DNA of 64,000 nt from an uncultured Acidobacteriota bacterium. GTDB taxonomy: Bacteria; Acidobacteriota; Thermoanaerobaculia; Multivoradales; UBA5704. Below the pieces are notes generated by a model. That model was not told the DNA's origin, ran no database searches, and saw nothing but the letters and a program-made list of their open reading frames with translations. The first letter of the stretch is position 1, and each line of letters begins with the position of its first letter. The translations under genes and the position numbers were made by a program. Below are positions 59,827 through 64,000 of the stretch, piece by piece. The stretch covers positions 1,568,001 to 1,632,000 of the forward strand of contig CAVYRF010000002.1 in the NCBI GenBank assembly GCA_963770895.1. Reading direction: 5' to 3'.

Positions 59827-60537
59827 ATGGCGAGCTCCGGCACGCGCCCCGTCGTTCGTGAGTATCTGGAGGCGTTGCTGGTCGCCGTCATCTTTGCGAC
59901 CTTCGCCCGGACCTTCGTATTTCAGGCGTTCAAGATCCCATCGGGATCGATGGAAAAGAACCTGTTGATCGGCGACCACATCCTGGTCGACAAGTTCATC
60001 TACGGCCCGGTGCGGTGGGACTTCGAAAGGGCGCTGCTGCCGAACCGCACGGTGCGACGCGGCGACATCGTGGTGTTCCGCTTCCCGCAGGACCCCGCGC
60101 GCGACTTCATCAAGCGCGCGATCGGCATCCCCGGCGACGTGGTCAAGATGGTGGACAAACAGTTGTACGTCAACGATAAGCCAGTCGCGGACGGCACCTA
60201 TACCTACCATAGCGACCCGACGATCTACGGGCGCGGCCCACGGGGAAGCTTCGGGCTCGAACGCGACAACTTCCCCGCGACAAGAATCCCGGCCGCCAGC
60301 TATTTCTGCCTTGGCGACAACCGGGACAACTCCCACGATTCGCGCTTCTGGGGCATGGTGCCTGAAAGCTACCTGAAGGGCCGCGCCTTCGCCGTCTACT
60401 GGTCGTTCGACGACGGCGGCGCGATCGAGTCCACCGTCTGGCCGGGCCTTGCCGGCAAGCTCCGCCAGGTCGGCCGCGTGGCGGCCACATTCCTGTCGCA
60501 CACCCGTTGGGATCGCACGTTCAAGATCGTGCGCTGA
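59827..60537 (+). CDS. lepB: Signal peptidase I (copy 2)
   Basis: QAFKIPSGSM, FIKRAIGIPGD, LGDNRDNSHDSRFWG. Confidence 0.94.
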   Translation: MASSGTRPVVREYLEALLVAVIFATFARTFVFQAFKIPSGSMEKNLLIGDHILVDKFIYGPVRWDFERALLPNRTVRRGDIVVFRFPQDPARDFIKRAIGIPGDVVKMVDKQLYVNDKPVADGTYTYHSDPTIYGRGPRGSFGLERDNFPATRIPAASYFCLGDNRDNSHDSRFWGMVPESYLKGRAFAVYWSFDDGGAIESTVWPGLAGKLRQVGRVAATFLSHTRWDRTFKIVR

Positions 60538-60611
60538 AGCCCTCCGCGGCGCGCGCATTCCAGCCGGTCTTTGCGTTAGACTCGTCGCCAATCCGAAGGG
60601 GAGGGTGCCCC

Positions 60612-60980
60612 ATGCCAGGCAGGATCGGCGAACGCGGTGAAGGCAATCTTGGTTGCGTCCTGTGGGTGGCGGTGCTGGTCATCGCGGTGCTGATGGCCGT
60701 CAAGATGATCCCGGTCAAAATCGCCTCTTCGCAGCTCTACGACTTCATGGAAGAGCAGGCCAAGTTCGCCGCCAACGCGGCGCCGGCCGAGATCGCCAAG
60801 ACCATCGTCAACAAGGCCAAGGAGCTTGAGCTGCCGGTCTCCAAGGACGACGTGCACGTCGAAAGAGTCGGCGACAACATCAGGATGCATGCCGAGTACA
60901 CGGTGCCGATCGAGTTTCCCGGTTACACCTACATGTGGCACTTCGACCATCAGGTGAACCGGCCGATCTTCATCTTCTAG
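60612..60980 (+). CDS. DUF4845-like small membrane-anchored protein
   Basis: ERGEG followed by a hydrophobic helix (prepilin-like N-terminus); Y...I...G.....F C-terminus; position after lepB typical of DUF4845. Confidence 0.6.
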   Translation: MPGRIGERGEGNLGCVLWVAVLVIAVLMAVKMIPVKIASSQLYDFMEEQAKFAANAAPAEIAKTIVNKAKELELPVSKDDVHVERVGDNIRMHAEYTVPIEFPGYTYMWHFDHQVNRPIFIF

Positions 60981-62860
60981 TGGATCTCGACTCCGTTCCG
61001 CCTGCCGGCGATGCGCCGGCCTCCGGCACACCGCAGGACGATTCCGGACTCCGGCGAAGGGGGCGGCGACTCGGCGGCGGCGGAACGCCGGATTGGTTGC
61101 GGCGCACGCGGGTGAGCGTGCTGGTTTGCGGCTTTCTGCCCGGAGCCCTGGTCGGCGCCCACCTCGCGGGGCTGCTGTTCTTTCTCAACCCGACCTTGCC
61201 GTGGCAGCTCCTGCCGGTGTCGCGGACCGTCGGTTGGTACGCTGTCGAGATCGGCCTGTTCGGTCTGTGCCTGCACCTGCCTCTGCTCGCATCGCGGCGC
61301 GGCGCGGCGCGGCTGTTGCCGTGGACGCTGACCGGGGCCCTGGCGCTGGCGGCGCTGCTCGACTGGACCCACGCGTCCCACTACGCGTACTACCTGCCGA
61401 CGGGCATCAACGCGCGGCTGATCAAGACCGCGATCTGGCTTTCGATCGCCGCCCTGATCGCCTTCTACACCGCGTTGCTGCACACCCTGGCGCGGCGCTC
61501 CTACGGTTGGCGCAGCCGTTTCACCTTCGCCGCGCTCTGCGTTCTTTCGATCTTCGTCATGGTGGAGCGGCGAGGCGCCTTCCACTACCGCCCCGCGCCG
61601 CCGGCGCGGCCCGCGGTGGTGGAACACATGGCGCGGCCTCGCCTGTGGGTCATCGGCCTCGAGACGGCGAGCCTGGACGCCGTCCTGCCGCTGGCCGGCC
61701 ACGGCGAGCTGCCGTTCCTGGCTGGCCTGCTGCGCCAGGGAGCCTATGGCCGATTGGAATCCTTTTCACCGGTGCGGCCCGAGGCGCTTTGGATGACCCT
61801 GGCCACCGGCAAATATCCGTGGCAGCACGGCGTGACCGGAAACCGCCTGTACAGCGCGCAGCGCATCGCGCCCGGTGCCGAACTCCGCCTGCTGCCGGCC
61901 GGCATCGCGTTCGAGCGCTGGGGACTGCTGCCGGCGCGCAGCCGCCTGCTGCATCGATACTCCCGGCAGGCACTGACGCTGTGGGAGATCCTGCCGCGCC
62001 TGGGCATCCCCGCCGGAGTGGTCAGTTGGCCGGCGTCGTCGCCACCCTCGCCGGGGCCCGAGTTCGCCTTGTCGGATCGCTACTTTTCGGCGCTCGCGGA
62101 GACGGCGACGGCTTCGCCGCCGGAGCTTGCCGCGTGGGCCCGCCGGCTGCGCCCCGACGCGCCCGCGGTTCGCGCCCTGCTGGCGACGCGGTTCCCCGGC
62201 GGAACGCCGGCGTTCCTGATGGAAACGCTGCGCGCCGATCTGTGGCGCGAGGCGGCGGCCCAGGCGCTCTTCGAGCGCTATCCGGACGTGCGCTGCACGT
62301 TCGTCGAGCTTCCCGGCCTGCGGCAGGTGTCGCGGCGCTTTTTCGGCGGGTTCAGCGGCGTGGAGTTCCACGGCTTGCAGGCGCAGGACTTCCGCGACGC
62401 GTCCGATCGCGTCGCGGATTACTACATGCGGTTGGATTCCTTTCTAGCCGAGATCTGGAAGGGGCACGGCGAAGACGACATCCTGGCCGTGGTGTCGGCG
62501 TCGGGGATCGAGGGCTCCGCCGGGTGGCGGCGAGTCCTGGGCGAGCTGTCACGCGAGGTGTCGCTGCAGGGATTCGACGCCAGCGCGCCGGATGGAATCC
62601 TGATGCTGTACGGCAAGGGCATCCAACCGGGTGCCCTGCTGACCGGCGCGCGGCTGGTGGACGTGATCCCGACCCTGATGTATGCCCTGCAGCTGCCGGT
62701 GGCGAGCGACCTGGACGGCCAGGTATTGACCCCCGCCTTCGAAAAGAGCTTCCTGGCGCAGCACCCGCTGTCGTTCCTGCCCACCTACGAGGCGCTGCCG
62801 GTGAATGCGGCGATCGCGGCCGCCGCCAGCCGCGGGCGTGACGGGCCAGCCGGACACTAG
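60980..62860 (+). CDS. Membrane-bound alkaline-phosphatase-superfamily (NPP/phosphodiesterase-like) protein with degenerate metal ligands
   Basis: About five N-terminal TM; VIGLETA, W.TLATGK.P..HG, APDGIL...G, DV.PT..Y.L.LP...DLDG. Confidence 0.7.
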   Translation: MDLDSVPPAGDAPASGTPQDDSGLRRRGRRLGGGGTPDWLRRTRVSVLVCGFLPGALVGAHLAGLLFFLNPTLPWQLLPVSRTVGWYAVEIGLFGLCLHLPLLASRRGAARLLPWTLTGALALAALLDWTHASHYAYYLPTGINARLIKTAIWLSIAALIAFYTALLHTLARRSYGWRSRFTFAALCVLSIFVMVERRGAFHYRPAPPARPAVVEHMARPRLWVIGLETASLDAVLPLAGHGELPFLAGLLRQGAYGRLESFSPVRPEALWMTLATGKYPWQHGVTGNRLYSAQRIAPGAELRLLPAGIAFERWGLLPARSRLLHRYSRQALTLWEILPRLGIPAGVVSWPASSPPSPGPEFALSDRYFSALAETATASPPELAAWARRLRPDAPAVRALLATRFPGGTPAFLMETLRADLWREAAAQALFERYPDVRCTFVELPGLRQVSRRFFGGFSGVEFHGLQAQDFRDASDRVADYYMRLDSFLAEIWKGHGEDDILAVVSASGIEGSAGWRRVLGELSREVSLQGFDASAPDGILMLYGKGIQPGALLTGARLVDVIPTLMYALQLPVASDLDGQVLTPAFEKSFLAQHPLSFLPTYEALPVNAAIAAAASRGRDGPAGH

Positions 62861-62902
62861 CCTCAGCAGGCTAAGGCTAAGACTGGGTTTAGTGGACCGG
62901 CG

Positions 62903-63307
62903 CTAACCTTCGCGTCCCGCTCCCTTTGCCGCCACCAGCTTGGGGAGCGCTGCGGCGGGCTTTGCCGACTCGCGGCTCATCGCGCAGCGGCCTTCGAAAA
63001 ACGCGCCGTCCTCGACCAGCAGGGACGGGGTTTCGACGTCGGCGAAGACCTTGCCGGTGGAAGTGATCTGGACGCGCTTGGCGGCCTGAATCGTGCCCCG
63101 CACCTGGCCGGAGATCACGATCTGACCGACGCGCACGTCGCCTTCCACCTCGCCGCCTTCACCGACGATCAGCTCGCCCTCCGAGGCCACTTCCCCGGTG
63201 AACTTGCCGTGCACGCGGAAATGGCTGTCGAACTGGAGCTCGCCGCGCAAGTGGCTGCCGCGGTCGAGGAAGCCGTTCAGATCGCCCTGTTTGGCGGTGG
63301 TTTTCAT
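62903..63307 (-). CDS. Bactofilin (polymer-forming cytoskeletal protein)
   Basis: GSHLRGELQF....RV.G.F.GEV....L.VG..G.VEG.V....I.I.G.V.G.I.A...V.I...G.V..D......L.VE.GA.FEG.C.M. Confidence 0.92.
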   Translation of the reverse strand: MKTTAKQGDLNGFLDRGSHLRGELQFDSHFRVHGKFTGEVASEGELIVGEGGEVEGDVRVGQIVISGQVRGTIQAAKRVQITSTGKVFADVETPSLLVEDGAFFEGRCAMSRESAKPAAALPKLVAAKGAGREG

Positions 63308-64000
63308 CACTCGAGACCCTCCCTTTCCATCAGCACGTCGTAGAGCCGCATCAGCTCCTCTTCGGAATAGAAGTGGATGCGCAGGTCGCCGCCCTTGCCC
63401 TTGCGCCGGATCTCCACTTTTGTCTGCAGGCGCCGGGTCAGCGTCTCCGCCGCCGCCGCGGAGTGAACCTCCACCGGCGGCGCCGGCAGCCGCTGCGGCC
63501 GCCGCTCTTGCCGGGCTGGCGCGGTCAGGCGTTCCAGCTCGCGGGCCGTAAGGCCTTCGCGCACTGCCCGTTCCGCCAGCGCAATCTGCTGTTCGGCGCT
63601 GGCCAGGGCCAGCAACGGGCGCGCCTGGCCGGCGCTCAGCTTGCCTTCGCGCACCAGGTCGCAAACCGGCGGGGGCAGCTTGAGCAGGCGCAGGGCGTTG
63701 CTCACGGTGGGGCGGCTCTTGCCGACGCGCACCGCGACTTCGTCCTGGGAAAGGCCGAACTTTTCCTGCAGGGCAAGATAGGCTTCGGCCTCCTCGATCG
63801 CGTTCAGGTCGCTGCGCTGCACGTTCTCGACCAGCGCGAGCTCCAGCCGCGCGCGGTCGTCGAGGTCGCCGCGCACCACCACCGGCACCTCTTCCAGGCC
63901 CGCCAAGCGGGCCGCCCGCCAGCGCCGTTCGCCGGCGATGATGCTGTATGTGCCGTCGCTTTCGGCAGTTACGACCAGGGGTTGCACCAGCCCCTGCGCC
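63307..64000 (-). CDS. parB: ParB/Spo0J chromosome partitioning protein (5'-truncated by window edge)
   Basis: G.VQP..V, IIAGERRWRAA, ALVEN.QR.DLN.IEEA, HTH VGKSRPTVSNALRLL. Confidence 0.95.
   Translation of the reverse strand, partial: AQGLVQPLVVTAESDGTYSIIAGERRWRAARLAGLEEVPVVVRGDLDDRARLELALVENVQRSDLNAIEEAEAYLALQEKFGLSQDEVAVRVGKSRPTVSNALRLLKLPPPVCDLVREGKLSAGQARPLLALASAEQQIALAERAVREGLTARELERLTAPARQERRPQRLPAPPVEVHSAAAAETLTRRLQTKVEIRRKGKGGDLRIHFYSEEELMRLYDVLMEREGLE

Overview
A very GC-rich, mostly core-chromosome window. Gene content suggests an Acidobacteriota genome, probably Thermoanaerobaculia (inference from the VWFA-related protein, the lanthipeptide-type precursor and the secreted-protein families). 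It carries about 50 CDS, tRNA-Glu(CTC) and tmRNA. Recognisable modules: amidase-GerMN-murI; an sxtJ/sxtI/sxtK-like carbamoyltransferase plus SGNH module; mglBA; yvcK(glmR)-glmU-glmS; a complete bacillithiol operon (bshC-bshB1-bshA); tandem lepB; and parB coupled to a bactofilin. I saw no CRISPR array, integrase, prophage or intact transposase. Most notable: (1) an orphan Ser/Thr/Cys-rich double-glycine RiPP precursor divergent from the carbamoyltransferase module; (2) a 162-bp palindromic MITE next to a Fur-box-like promoter and an ORF-free rod-shaped candidate ncRNA; (3) three apparent pseudoenzymes (FHA-GAF-cyclase, membrane Ser/Thr kinase with a TGA[ML] repeat array, membrane phosphodiesterase); (4) a GlmU lacking most of its acetyltransferase domain; (5) at least seven genes with a leaderless-type -10 box; (6) an hppA broken by 11 single-base insertions that look like a two-allele consensus artefact. 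All family calls come from motif recognition by eye; no searches were run.
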